From: an uncultured Alphaproteobacteria bacterium
GTDB lineage: Bacteria; Pseudomonadota; Alphaproteobacteria; Caulobacterales; Hyphomonadaceae
Length of the DNA: 64,000 nucleotides
Assembly (NCBI GenBank): GCA_963784415.1
Contig: CAWARK010000001.1
Span: 10,335-74,334, forward strand
Direction of reading: 5' to 3'
Position 1 is the stretch's first letter, and the number at the start of each line of letters is the position of its first letter. Below are positions 10,412 through 20,222 of the stretch, in pieces. A model generated the notes under the pieces. The model made no database searches. It saw only the letters and a list, made by a program, of their open reading frames with translations, and was not told the origin of the DNA. The position numbers and the translations under genes are program-made.

Positions 10412-12120
10412 CTACGCTGCGCGGACTTCGCGCAGGAAGCGGTCGACCTGCGCCTGCAGAACTTCACCATTCTTGGCGAGTTCGGAAGCGGCGGTCAGCA
10501 CCTGGCCAGAGCCATGCGAGGCTTCTTCTGAGGCGCGTGTGACGCTGGTGATGCTCGACGCCACGTCCGTTGCGCCATCCGAGGCCGACTGCACGTTGCG
10601 TGAGATTTCCTGCGTCGCCGCGCCCTGCTGTTCCACCGCCGAGGCGATTGCGGACGAAATCTCGCTCATCTTGTCGATCGACGCGCGGATGCCGGTGATG
10701 GCGGAGACGGAAGAGTTGGTCGCTTCCTGCATGGCGCGGATCTGGTTGGCGATCTCCTCGGTCGCTTTCGCTGTCTGGCTGGCCAGGGTTTTCACCTCGG
10801 TCGCGACGACAGCGAAGCCACGGCCGGATTCGCCTGCGCGCGCCGCCTCGATGGTGGCGTTGAGCGCAAGCAGGTTGGTCTGGTTGGCGATGTCGTTGAT
10901 CAGCGTGACAACTGCGCCGATGCTGGTGGCGTTCTCGGCCAGCGTCTGAACTTGTTTCGACGTTGAATCCGCCTGCTGCACGGCGTCGGCCACCATGCGC
11001 GAGGATTGCGTCGTCTGGCCCGAGATTTCGCGAATGGAGGCAGACAGCTCCTCGGTTGCGGAGGCGACGCCGTGGACGTTGCGCGTCACTTCTTCTGCCG
11101 CAGAAGCCACGATGATCGAGCGTGAGGAGGCTTCCTGCGCCGTGTGTGACAGGGCTTCGGCTGTCGCCTGCATCTCGACCGCGGCAGCGAAACGGAGGCG
11201 ACCACCTGGCCGACCGTGCTTTCGAACTGGTCCGCCATGGCGCGCATGGCCTGGCGGCGTTCCTCAGCCGCGCGAGCGCGTGCGGCTTCCTGTTCGAGGC
11301 GCGCCTTTTCCTGCTCGCCGCGAAGACGATCAGCCTCGATCATGTTGTCCTTGAACACCTGCACGGCGCCCGCCATCGCGCCCAGCTCGGTCTTCTGACC
11401 GGCGAACGGGATGCGGACGGTCTTGTCGCCGCCAGCCAGCGTCGACATGGCGCTCACGATGCGCGCCACCGGACGCACGACACCGAGCAGGGCGTAGGCG
11501 GTCAACAGCAGCGACAGCAGGACCAGCACGCCGACCGTCCCGAAGACGATCATGGATGTCTCGGCAAAGGTCGCGTCGTTGGCGTCGTTCACACTGGAGG
11601 ATATGTCCTTGTTGATGACGATCAGCTTGTCGAGTTTTGTGGCGAGGGAGTCGAACAGGGTCCGCATATCGTCGACATAAAGCAATCCGGCAGCGACATT
11701 CTCATTGCGGATGGACAGGTCTTCGAAGTGTTTGTTGAACGCGAGATACTGCTGATACTGTTGTCCGATCGAGTCGAACAACGCCTGCTCCTCTTGCGCG
11801 TCGGGCTTGATGGTCTTGGCGTATTTCACTGTCCAGTCGTTGTAGTCGCCGATGGCCTCCTCGATCTCCTTGCCGATGGCGGCGATCGCAGACGGTTCGG
11901 TCAACGTCATATGTTCGCTTTCGCCGATGCGAATGTTGCCCAGCGCGGAGTTCATCTCTTCGGCGGCTTCAACGCCGGGGATCACGTCATCATAGAGCGC
12001 GTTGGCGCCATCGTTGAGCGTTGTCGCACTGGTGATCGCGACATAGCCGACCCCCACAGACAGACCCAGCGTCGCCAGCGAGATGGCGAGAAGTCCGGTC
12101 CGAATCGAAAGCGATGGCAA
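10412..12120 (-). pseudogene. Methyl-accepting chemotaxis protein; frame broken as sequenced (-1 near 11187)
   Basis: ORF 11086..12120 carries the TM, periplasmic helical sensor, second TM and HAMP region. ORF 10412..11173 carries the signalling domain ([35 protein letters not shown]). The junction reads ...[13 protein letters not shown] / [12 protein letters not shown]. 1709 nt is 3n+2. Confidence 0.85.
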
Positions 12121-12264
12121 AGGCGCACTCCGTCAGTAAAGCGCGCCAGCCAGAGGCATCGGTATCGCGCGTTTCCCCGCGGAAGAAATGAGCGGAAAGA
12201 GTTAAATGAGGGCTAAGCACATTTAACTCCTGTGGCGCGGCGGGTGCGACGCATCAACGCAAAC

Positions 12265-12291
12265 GGGCGGAGCGCTGTTCGCGCTCCGCCC
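12265..12291 (-). terminator. Hairpin terminator downstream of icd
   Basis: GGGCGGAGCGC-tgttc-GCGCTCCGCCC, followed on the minus strand by GTTTGCGTT. Confidence 0.5.
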
Positions 12292-12323
12292 GCTGAATTG
12301 CATGCAAATACAGGCGATCGCGC

Positions 12324-13542
12324 CTACGCCGACATCGCTTCCTGGAAGTTCGAGGCGACTTTCTCGATGAAGCCTTCGGTCGTCAGCCAGGGCTGATCCG
12401 GTCCGATGAGGAGCGAGAGGTCTTTCGTCATGAAGCCGGCTTCGACCGTATCGATCGACGGTCTTCTCGAGCTGGGTCGAGAACTTCGCGAGTTCGGCGT
12501 TGCCATCCAGCTTGGCGCGGTGGGCGAGGCCACGGGTCCAGGCGAAGATCGAGGCGACCGAGTTGGTCGAGGTCGACTTGCCCTGCTGGTGAGCGCGGTA
12601 GTGGCGCGTCACGGTGCCGTGGGCGGCTTCGGCTTCGACCGTCTTGCCATCCGGCGTCATCAGCACCGAGGTCATCAGGCCGAGCGAGCCATAGCCTTGC
12701 GCGACGGTGTCGGACTGCACGTCGCCGTCATAGTTCTTGCACGCCCAGACATAGCCGCCCGACCATTTCAGGCAGGCCGCGACCATGTCGTCGATCAGGC
12801 GGTGTTCGTAGATGCCGTTGAACTCGGCGAACTTGTCCTTGAACTCGGTGTCGAACACTTCCTGGAAGATGTCCTTGAAGCGGCCGTCATAGGCCTTGAG
12901 GATCGTGTTCTTGGTCGAGAGGTAGACCGGCCATTTGCGCTGGTAGCCGAAGTTGAACGAGGCGCGCGCGAAATCGCGGATCGACTTGTCGAGGTTGTAC
13001 ATGCCCATCGCGATGCCGGCGCCGGGGAAGTCGAACACTTCGTATTCGACCGGGTCGCCGCCGCCCGCAGGCGTGTAGACCATTTTCAGCTTGCCGGGGC
13101 CGGGCACCTTGAAGTCGGTCGCCTTGTACTGGTCGCCGAACGCGTGACGGCCGACGACGACCGGCTGGGTCCAGCCCGGCACAAGGCGCGGCACGTTCTT
13201 CATCACGATCGGCTCGCGGAAGACGACGCCGTCGAGGATGTTGCGGATCGTGCCGTTGGGCGACTTCCACATCTTCTTCAGCTTGAACTCTTCAACGCGC
13301 TGTTCGTCCGGCGTGATGGTCGCGCACTTGACGGCGACGCCGTATTTCTTGGTGGCTTCGGCGGCGTCGATGGTGACCTGGTCGTTGGTCGCGTCGCGGT
13401 GCTCGATGCCGAGGTCGAAGTATTTCAGGTCGATATCGAGATAGGGGAGGATCAGGCGTTCCTTGATGAGCGCCCAGATGATCCGGGTCATCTCGTCGCC
13501 GTCCATTTCAACGACGGGATTTGCTACCTTGATGACGGCCAT
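12324..13542 (-). pseudogene. icd: NADP-dependent isocitrate dehydrogenase (eukaryote-like, about 405 aa); frame broken as sequenced
   Basis: ORF 12223..13542 matches IDH up to ...[14 protein letters not shown] and then turns Arg-rich. ORF 12324..12533 supplies the conserved C-terminus [33 protein letters not shown]. 1219 nt is 3n+1. The shift lies within ACCGTCGATCGATACGG (minus strand, about 12449-12461). Confidence 0.9.
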
Positions 13543-13688
13543 GAAAAGCTCCTGAAAGGCGATTTCCCGGGGCTATACCAGACAGGTTCCGATGCACAAT
13601 GGCCGACCACGTATGCCGCGCCTGCGTCGCGGGTTCCGCCCGGCCGAGTGGCATTCCGTACCGGCCAAATCCGGCCTAGAAAGCGCGC

Positions 13689-14429
13689 ATGATCGCCCCA
13701 TGCTTCATCCTCGTCGTCCCGCAATTGGGCGAGAATATTGGCGCCGCCGCACGCGTGATGGCCAATTTCGGGCTTACCGACCTGCGCCTCGTCGCGCCGC
13801 GCGATGGCTGGCCGAACCCTGCCGCCGAAACGATGAGCGCGGGCGCGCTGCCGGACGTTGTGTCGGTCAGCGTGTTCGAGCGGGTTGAGGACGCCATTGC
13901 GGATTGCGTCCTGGTTTTCGCCACGACGGCGCGTCCGCGCGAGATGGAGAAGCCGGTCGTCGGCGCGTCGGAAGCAATCACCCGCATCCGGGCAACCTCA
14001 GCGCGCACCGCCATCCTGTTCGGCGGCGAGCGTGCTGGCCTACCCAACGAAGCGGTCGCGCTGGCGGATGCGATCCTGTCCTATCCGGTCAATTCCGCTT
14101 TCGCGTCGCTCAATCTTGCGCAGGCCGTGGCGCTGCTCGCGCACGCCTATGCGGAAGCCAACGCCAGCGGACCGCCAGCGGCATTCACAGACCCGGTCGA
14201 TGCCCCGGCTCCGCGCGAAGAGCTGGTCGGCATGATGGAGCATTTCGAGGAGGAGCTTGATCGCGCCGGGTTCTTTTTCCCGGATGCGAAGCGTGTGCCG
14301 ATCACGCAGAACCTGCGCAACGCTTTCACGCGCGCAGGATGGACGGCGCAGGAAGTCTCAACGTTCCGGGGGGCGATCAAGGCGCTGGCCGTTGGTCGCG
14401 GGAAGGCGCGCGTGAAGCGCGATACCTGA
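13689..14429 (+). CDS. SpoU/TrmH-family RNA 2'-O-methyltransferase (TrmJ-like)
   Basis: ILVVPQLGENIGAAARVMANFG, FGGERAGLPNE and SLNLAQAVALLAH motifs of class IV (SPOUT) methyltransferases. Length 246 aa. Confidence 0.8.
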   Translation: MIAPCFILVVPQLGENIGAAARVMANFGLTDLRLVAPRDGWPNPAAETMSAGALPDVVSVSVFERVEDAIADCVLVFATTARPREMEKPVVGASEAITRIRATSARTAILFGGERAGLPNEAVALADAILSYPVNSAFASLNLAQAVALLAHAYAEANASGPPAAFTDPVDAPAPREELVGMMEHFEEELDRAGFFFPDAKRVPITQNLRNAFTRAGWTAQEVSTFRGAIKALAVGRGKARVKRDT

Positions 14430-14438
14430 AGCGGAAGA

Positions 14439-14931
14439 TCAGTTCGACGTGGATGCAGGCGCCGTATCCACCGGCTGTTCGCTGACCGTTGACGCAGGCT
14501 CGCTATCCCAGGCGCGATCGGCCTCGGCCTTGTCCAGCACCGTGATGCTGCTGCTTCCCTTGTCGCCAGCAGGGCCGGCCCCGTCGAGCGGTTCGACGGT
14601 ATAACCGACGGCGTTGGAATTATCGGAGACGTCGATCGGCTGGATCTCGTCCTGATACGTAGCCGCTTCGGCGTCGTTCGAAGGAATCCAGCCACGCTGG
14701 TTCATGTCGTCGCTGGTCATGTTGATACTTCATGGCCGTCTGCGAAGAATTCAGCTGGGCCTGGAAGGTTTGCGACACCGGCGCAGTCTTGTTCCACGCA
14801 TCCGGGTCGATGATGGGGCGGCTGTCGCCGGAACGAACCGGGGGCGGGGACATCATGTAGCCAGCGCCAAGGCCTGCAAGCGTGGTCAGGAACACTGAAG
14901 TTGCGAGGATCGTGTTGGAAACGCCACTCAT
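14439..14931 (-). pseudogene. Membrane-anchored acidic protein of unknown function; possibly two frames joined near 14720
   Basis: A TM-containing start (MSGVSNTILATSVFLTTLAGLGAGYMM...) sits in the frame of ORF 14620..15213. The acidic C-terminal part is ORF 14439..14720. 493 nt is 3n+1. The join is uncertain and these could be two genes. Confidence 0.4.
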
Positions 14932-15131
14932 TTTCGCCGTCCGTGCGGAACCATGCCGCTCTGTTGCTCGCAGCAGGAACGCGCATGTCGCTTGCTGGTT
15001 CAGTGGCTGACTTGAGGTTTCTTCCGTCCTAGGCTGCCCCTCGCCCAGATGGCGCAAAGCTGCGGGTTGATGATGGTGATCGGGGAATGTCGGCTGGCGT
15101 GATGCGCCGCGCCGGAAGCAGGGGATGCGCA

Positions 15132-16133
15132 ATGATAAAGACAGTGCTGATGACCGCCGCTCTGGCGGGCGCGGGGCTCGTGGGCTGGATCGGCGGCAGC
15201 ATCTGGCCCGCACCGCCCGAATGGACCGACGCGGTCAACCGCACCGCGAATGATCTGCGCGCGAAGGTGCGTCTGGCGAACATCAGTTTCGATGGCTTGC
15301 GTGAACTGCTGCCAGCCGATCGCTTCGCCGAGATCAAAGGCCAGATCGAACAGCTTGCGGTCGCCACGGGAGACATGATCCAGGTCGACCACGATATCGG
15401 CTCGGTTGAGGATCAGCTCGACAACCTGGCGCTCGATGCCGACACCGCTATTCCCGAAGGGATGGAGGTCATCACGGTTCCGGCCGCGCCGCGCCCGCTT
15501 CCGCTCCAACAGGCGAAGCGCCCGCGACACCCGAGGCCGGCGTGACGCCTCCACCGGCTCCAACGGAGGTCATCGTCCCCAAGGCGCTCCCGGCGAATCC
15601 CGCAAACAACTTCGCCACCAGCCTGTCGCTATGCCCCGGCATGACGATCACGAACCAGCCGGCGTCCGACGGCTGGCGTGGTCAAGGATTTCCATCCGAT
15701 CGTGATGATCCGCGACGTTCGCATCGCGACTTTCCCGACGCCGGGCGCGTGCCTGTCGTCCGGCTTCGGTCCGCGCAATGATCGCCTGCACAAGGGTCTC
15801 GACTATCACGCCAATATCGGCGTGCCGGTGCTCGCTGCGGGTGATGGGCAGATCGTCGAGATCAAGTATCGCGAGGACTATGGCAACATGATCCTTGTCG
15901 ATCATGGCGGCGGCGTCTTCACCCGCTATGCGCACCTCGCCTCGTTCGCGCGCGGGTTGTCGCAGGGCGTCACGGTGAGGGCAGGCGACGGGCTCGGCCT
16001 GATGGGCAACTCGGCCGGCTATCAGATCCCGATCCATCTTCACTACGAGGTGCTGGTCGGCGACTATGCCAATCCGAAGGGATCGTTCGGGCTTGAGCCG
16101 GTCAATCCGCTGGGCTTTCCGGCCGCGCAATAG
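15132..16133 (+). pseudogene. M23 (LytM-type) peptidase with N-terminal TM/coiled coil; two offsetting frame changes as sequenced
   Basis: The N-terminal part (MIKTVLMTAALAGAG...) and the M23 domain (SSGFGPRNDRLHKGLDYHA...IHLHYEV) are in the same frame. They are separated by stops at 15543 and 15642. A Pro/Ala-rich linker (APASAPTGEAPATPEAGVTPPPAPTEVIVPKALPANP...) reads in a different frame between about 15480 and about 15680. Confidence 0.7.
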
Positions 16134-16215
16134 AAAGCGGCGCTGGCTTGTCGCCAGCGCCGCCGCCCACTCTGCGCACTGCGGAAGCAAGAGCGTAGAA
16201 ATCAGTTCGCAGAGC

Positions 16216-16856
16216 TTAGTGCGGTTGGTGCGAAGCCGACGCGCTGCCTGAAGCAGAGGCCGAACCCGAGACGGTGGCGCCCTTCGGGCTGGCATCCGCA
16301 TTGCCCGAGGCAGAGCCGCCGCCATTGGCCTGCACGTTCGGCACGGAAGACTTGGCCTTGGCGGTCGCGTCGGCAGCTTTCTGCTTCGCGGTGTCGGTGG
16401 TGGAGCGAACCGCGCTGCGCGCCTGACCCGCAGCATTACGGCCTGCATCGACGGCGCCTGTCGCGTCGACATTGGCATTACCGCTCGCCTGGCCGCCGAG
16501 ATCGACACCGGGCGCTCCGATCTGGCCGCCGCCATTGCCGCCGAGGCCCAGTTGGGGCGAAGGCGCGGCCGACACGGCTTGTTGTTTGGCAGCTTCAGCC
16601 TTGGCGGTGGCCGCAGCCTTGGCCTGTGCTGCACGCTCTTTCGTTCGCTGCGTCATGGTCGACGTCGTGCCGGTGATGCGATCCGTGCTGGCCGCGCCGC
16701 CCAGCGATCCTTGCGCCGATCCGGTCATCGCCGCCCGAGCGCCATCCGCCGAGATTGCCACCGACCACCGCCACCACCCAGACCGAGCTGGGCGTTGGCG
16801 GGGAGGGCGGAGAGGGCGGCGAGGGTGATTCCGGCGATGAGGGCAGTGCGTTTCAT
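16216..16856 (-). pseudogene. Secreted Gly/Ala/Ser-rich low-complexity protein; frame broken as sequenced
   Basis: Signal peptide MKRTALIAGITLAALSALPANAQLGLGGGGGG starts at the ATG at 16856 in one frame. The body (ORF 16216..16884: ...AAQAKAAATAKAEAAKQQ...GSASASGSASAS) is in another. 641 nt is 3n+2. The shift is near 16765-16790. Confidence 0.5.
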
Positions 16857-17015
16857 GGGGTGTCTCCTGTTTGGGGTCTTTCAACAGGGAGACGCTGAGC
16901 CCGCCGGTTATTCCGGTCGATCTGCAGAAATCGTCTACATCATTGAATACATGAGTATTTTATCTGAGGCGGTGCCCTGGATGATCCGGGCTATCTGCAG
17001 AAAAATCTCAGAGCC

Positions 17016-17033
17016 CAACTAGAAACCTAGTTG
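17016..17033. promoter_or_regulatory. Perfect inverted repeat CAACTAG-aaac-CTAGTTG upstream of the blaI-like gene
   Basis: Read directly from the sequence. It sits in an AT-richer divergent intergenic region and overlaps a TTGACG hexamer. Confidence 0.4.
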
Positions 17034-17072
17034 ACGCCATATCGATAATCGGCAAAAACTGGACTCACCTAA

Positions 17073-17087
17073 GGAACTAGTTGTTCC
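17073..17087. promoter_or_regulatory. Second palindrome GGAACTAGTTGTTCC sharing the AACTAG core
   Basis: Read directly from the sequence, 93 nt upstream of ATG 17180. Confidence 0.35.
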
Positions 17088-17179
17088 GGCAAACGGTCAG
17101 GACGCCGGTCCAGAAGAGCCAAGGGCTACAGAAGCACCAGAAGACCCGGACCACCGGGCCGCCAAAAGAGAAAAACGCC

Positions 17180-17575
17180 ATGCCGAAGCCACGTTCTGAC
17201 GTTCTGACCGAAGCCGAACAGCGCATCATGCGGGTGCTGTGGGAGAGGGGGGAGGCGAGTGTGCGTGACGTTACCGACGCGCTCGAGCCGACCTATCCCG
17301 TCGCCTACAACACCGTGCTGACGCTCCTGCGCATCCTGACCGACAAGGACTATGTCCTGCCGCGCCAGGATGGGCGGGCCTTCATCTACAAGCCGACCGT
17401 TACGCGCGCCGAGGCGCGCTCCCGCGCGCTGCGCAAGGTGGTGTCGACCTTCTTCGAAGGATCGCCCAACGCCCTTGCGCAACATCTCATCAGAAGCGAG
17501 ACCCTCAGCACGGATGAACTCCAGGCGCTGAAGGAAGAACTCGACAGCATCTCCCCGGAGGACGGCAATGACTGA
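17180..17575 (+). CDS. BlaI/MecI/CopY-family transcriptional repressor
   Basis: Winged-helix N-terminus LTEAEQRIMRVLWERGEASVRDVTDAL...YNTVLTLLRILTDKDYV. About 130 aa. It overlaps the downstream M56 gene by 8 nt. Confidence 0.85.
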   Translation: MPKPRSDVLTEAEQRIMRVLWERGEASVRDVTDALEPTYPVAYNTVLTLLRILTDKDYVLPRQDGRAFIYKPTVTRAEARSRALRKVVSTFFEGSPNALAQHLIRSETLSTDELQALKEELDSISPEDGND

Positions 17576-19997
17576 CATGTCCCTCTCTCAAACACTGGTT
17601 GTTGGCCATCTCTGGCAGAGCGTCGCCATCGCGGCCGTGCTCGCCGGCGCGCTGATCATCGGCAAACGCATGCGTGGCGGCACGCGCTACGGCCTTGGGG
17701 CTGCGGCCCTGCTGGCCAGCCTCGCCCTGCCGTTTGCGTCCTTCATTCCGGGCGAGACAATCGTCGCGGGCCTGCTCAAGCAGATGAATGCGCCGGTCAG
17801 CCTCGATAGCGCAGCGCCGACGACACATCTCGCCACGCTGCCGATTTCGGAAATTGCGGCGCGCGTAGCTCCCGCTCCGGCCGCCAAACCGATGACGCCG
17901 GTGAATTACAATGAGGCATCGCTCGGTTATGCATCCAGCGCGCTTGCCCCGGCTGCTGCTCAGGCTGCGCCTGTGGGCGCGGTGAAGGCCTCTGCGCCGC
18001 CATCGCTGTTCACCCTGCCGCAGATCCCGATGCCCGACATCGGCTTGCCGCTGCTCATCATCTGGCTCGGCGTCGCCGCTGTCCTGATCGGCCGCACCAT
18101 TCGCGACCTCATCGCTGTCGAGCGTCTGGTCGCCCGCGCCAAGCCGGCTGACCTGCCGAAGGCGCTGCAGGCCCGCATGCAGGGCGTCCGCGTTGTCGTC
18201 AGCCCGGAAGCGCCCGGACCGATGGCTGCCGGCCTGCTGCATCCCGCGATCGTGCTGCCGGAATCCATCGCGCTGGCTTCGCCCGGCATGGCCGCGCTGC
18301 TCGAGCACGAGCACGCCCACATCCGCCGCCGCGACATGCTTGCCGCGCTCGGCCAGCGCATCGTCCTCGCCCTGCTGTGGTGGAGCCCCGCGCTCTACTG
18401 GATCAGCCGCCGCATGGACGAAGAACGTGAAGTCGCCTGCGACGAAGCCGCTGTCGATCGCACGGGCGATGCCCGCGCCTTCGCCCGCTCGCTCACCACG
18501 CAGGCCGAGAACCAGCTCTGGGTGCGTGCGCCGCGCCTGGCCGTTGGCGCCATTGGTCCGCGCTCGCAGTTCAGCCGCCGCATCCGTCGCCTGATCGACA
18601 TCGCGAAGACCGGTGGATCGCCCGCGAAATACTCGGGCCGTCTCGCCTTCGCTGGTCTCGCCGTTGTTGTCGGTGTCGCCGCGATGGTCACGCCGCGCTT
18701 CACGGCCGATGCCCAGCAGACGCAGGACAAGCCGATCGACCTGACGTCGAAGGACGCGAACGCCAAGGCCGAACTCAACACGGCTGAAGGCAAGCTCGAT
18801 GGCGCCGCCCCGGGTTCGCACGACGACTTCAACTGGGACAGCAAGGATTGGGACGGCAAGGACTTCGCCGGTCTCGGCAAGGAAATCGAAGCGATGATGG
18901 CCGAGCTGGCGCCCCAGCTCAAAGCCCTCGGCGCCGAGTTCGGACCTGAGATGCAGGAAGAGTTCGCCGGACTGTCGACCGAGATGGCGGGCCTTGGCGT
19001 CGACATCTCCTCGATGATCACCCAGGACGTGATGGCGGAAATGCCGCGCATCATGGAAGAGGTCCGCCGCTCGCTCGAAGAAGCCGGGATCGACCCCGAC
19101 CACATGGACGAGATGAAGGGCCTGTCGGCAAAGGACGCCGCGGAAGTCCGCGCCGCCATGCAGCAGGCGCGTGAAGAAATGAAGCACGCGCTCGGACCGG
19201 AACTGCAGGCCGAGATCCGTGCGTCGCTCGCCAAGGCGCGCGACGAGATCGCCAGCCATCGTGACGAGATCGCCGCGGCGATGAACCAAAGCCACGAAGG
19301 CATGGCCATCGCCCGTGAAGCGATCGCCGCCGCCCGCGCGGAAATGGATGCCGCCCGCGCTCGCGGTGACTTCAAGGTCATGGGCAAGGACGGCAAGATC
19401 AGCTTCGACTTCGGACCGGAAGTGATGGAACAGCTGCGCGCAGCTGGCCTGAACCTCGATCTCAAGGGCACGAAGATCAACTTCAACGGCCACCGCGATC
19501 GCAGCCTGATCGAAGCCGCCGACCAATGCGATGTTTCTGCGATCAACAAGCTGCTGGCTGACGGCAAGAACGATGCAAACATGCTGATCCCCGGCATGGG
19601 CACGGCCCTGATGGCCGCGACCGACTCCGAGTGCCTCGACGCCGCCCGCGTCCTCATCAACGCCGGCGCTGATGTCAATCGCGGTTTCCCGGGCAACGGT
19701 ACGCCGCTGCAGATCGCGGTCGATCACGACAACAAGGCGCTCGTCGATCTGCTGCTGAGCCGTGGCGCCAACCCGAACGCGTCCTCGCCGGGCATGCCGG
19801 GCGCGCTCTTCCAGGCCATCGATCAGAGCAACTTCGACATCGTGAAGGCGCTGGTCGAAAAGGGCGCCAACATCAATCTCAAGTCGCCGATGTCCGGCAT
19901 GCGCACGCCGCTCGACGCGGCCATCGACGAAGGCCAGGACGAGATTGTCGACTACCTGCGCGCCAAGGGCGCCAGGGAATCGGACAAACATCACTAG
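17568..19997 (+). CDS. BlaR1-like M56 peptidase/sensor with a long helical region and C-terminal ankyrin repeats
   Basis: N-terminal TMs and the HEXXH motif in LLEHEHAHIRRRD. There is a further TM and then a Glu/Ala-rich helical stretch. The C-terminus has ankyrin-like repeats (GTALMAATDSECLDAARVLINAGADVN; NGTPLQIAVDHDNKALVDLLLSRGANPN; RTPLDAAIDEGQDEIVDYLRAKGA). Confidence 0.85.
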   Translation: MTDMSLSQTLVVGHLWQSVAIAAVLAGALIIGKRMRGGTRYGLGAAALLASLALPFASFIPGETIVAGLLKQMNAPVSLDSAAPTTHLATLPISEIAARVAPAPAAKPMTPVNYNEASLGYASSALAPAAAQAAPVGAVKASAPPSLFTLPQIPMPDIGLPLLIIWLGVAAVLIGRTIRDLIAVERLVARAKPADLPKALQARMQGVRVVVSPEAPGPMAAGLLHPAIVLPESIALASPGMAALLEHEHAHIRRRDMLAALGQRIVLALLWWSPALYWISRRMDEEREVACDEAAVDRTGDARAFARSLTTQAENQLWVRAPRLAVGAIGPRSQFSRRIRRLIDIAKTGGSPAKYSGRLAFAGLAVVVGVAAMVTPRFTADAQQTQDKPIDLTSKDANAKAELNTAEGKLDGAAPGSHDDFNWDSKDWDGKDFAGLGKEIEAMMAELAPQLKALGAEFGPEMQEEFAGLSTEMAGLGVDISSMITQDVMAEMPRIMEEVRRSLEEAGIDPDHMDEMKGLSAKDAAEVRAAMQQAREEMKHALGPELQAEIRASLAKARDEIASHRDEIAAAMNQSHEGMAIAREAIAAARAEMDAARARGDFKVMGKDGKISFDFGPEVMEQLRAAGLNLDLKGTKINFNGHRDRSLIEAADQCDVSAINKLLADGKNDANMLIPGMGTALMAATDSECLDAARVLINAGADVNRGFPGNGTPLQIAVDHDNKALVDLLLSRGANPNASSPGMPGALFQAIDQSNFDIVKALVEKGANINLKSPMSGMRTPLDAAIDEGQDEIVDYLRAKGARESDKHH

Positions 19998-20020
19998 TCA
20001 GACACGATCCACCGACAGAG

Positions 20021-20058
20021 CGCCGGTCTGCACCCCGCAGGCCGGCGTTTTTGTTTTG
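20021..20058 (+). terminator. Rho-independent terminator after the M56 gene
   Basis: CGCCGGTCTGC-acccc-GCAGGCCGGCG followed by TTTTTGTTTT. Confidence 0.7.
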
Positions 20059-20084
20059 ATGCTTACGCATTCGCGTTTCCCACT

Positions 20085-20198
20085 CATCCCGACGAACGTC
20101 GGGATCCAGGAAGTACAGGGCGACGCGCGGGGACTTGAAGCGTCAGGCCCGGAACAAGGCGAAGCGTCAGCTCTGGGTCCCGACGTTCGTCGGGACGA
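20085..20198. repeat. REP pair (TCCCGACG-aa-CGTCGGGA and GTCCCGACG-tt-CGTCGGGAC hairpins)
   Basis: Two hairpins lie at 20087-20106 and 20178-20197 in inverted orientation. An internal direct repeat GAAGCGTCAG occurs at 20137 and 20161. Confidence 0.6.
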
Positions 20199-20222
20199 GC
20201 GGGCATGTCGGTCGCGGCTGCC

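Noticed and set aside
14620-15213. 197-aa minus-strand ORF as a single gene
   Set aside because: Only the segment from the internal Met at 14931 looks like a real TM protein. The upstream part is Arg/Pro-rich and overlaps the M23 gene start region, and the downstream part is Arg-rich after about 14720.
17505-19994. 829-aa ORF on the minus strand
   Set aside because: It is antisense to the BlaR1-like gene, with low-complexity Arg/Gly/Ala content. The plus-strand product has clear M56 and ankyrin motifs.
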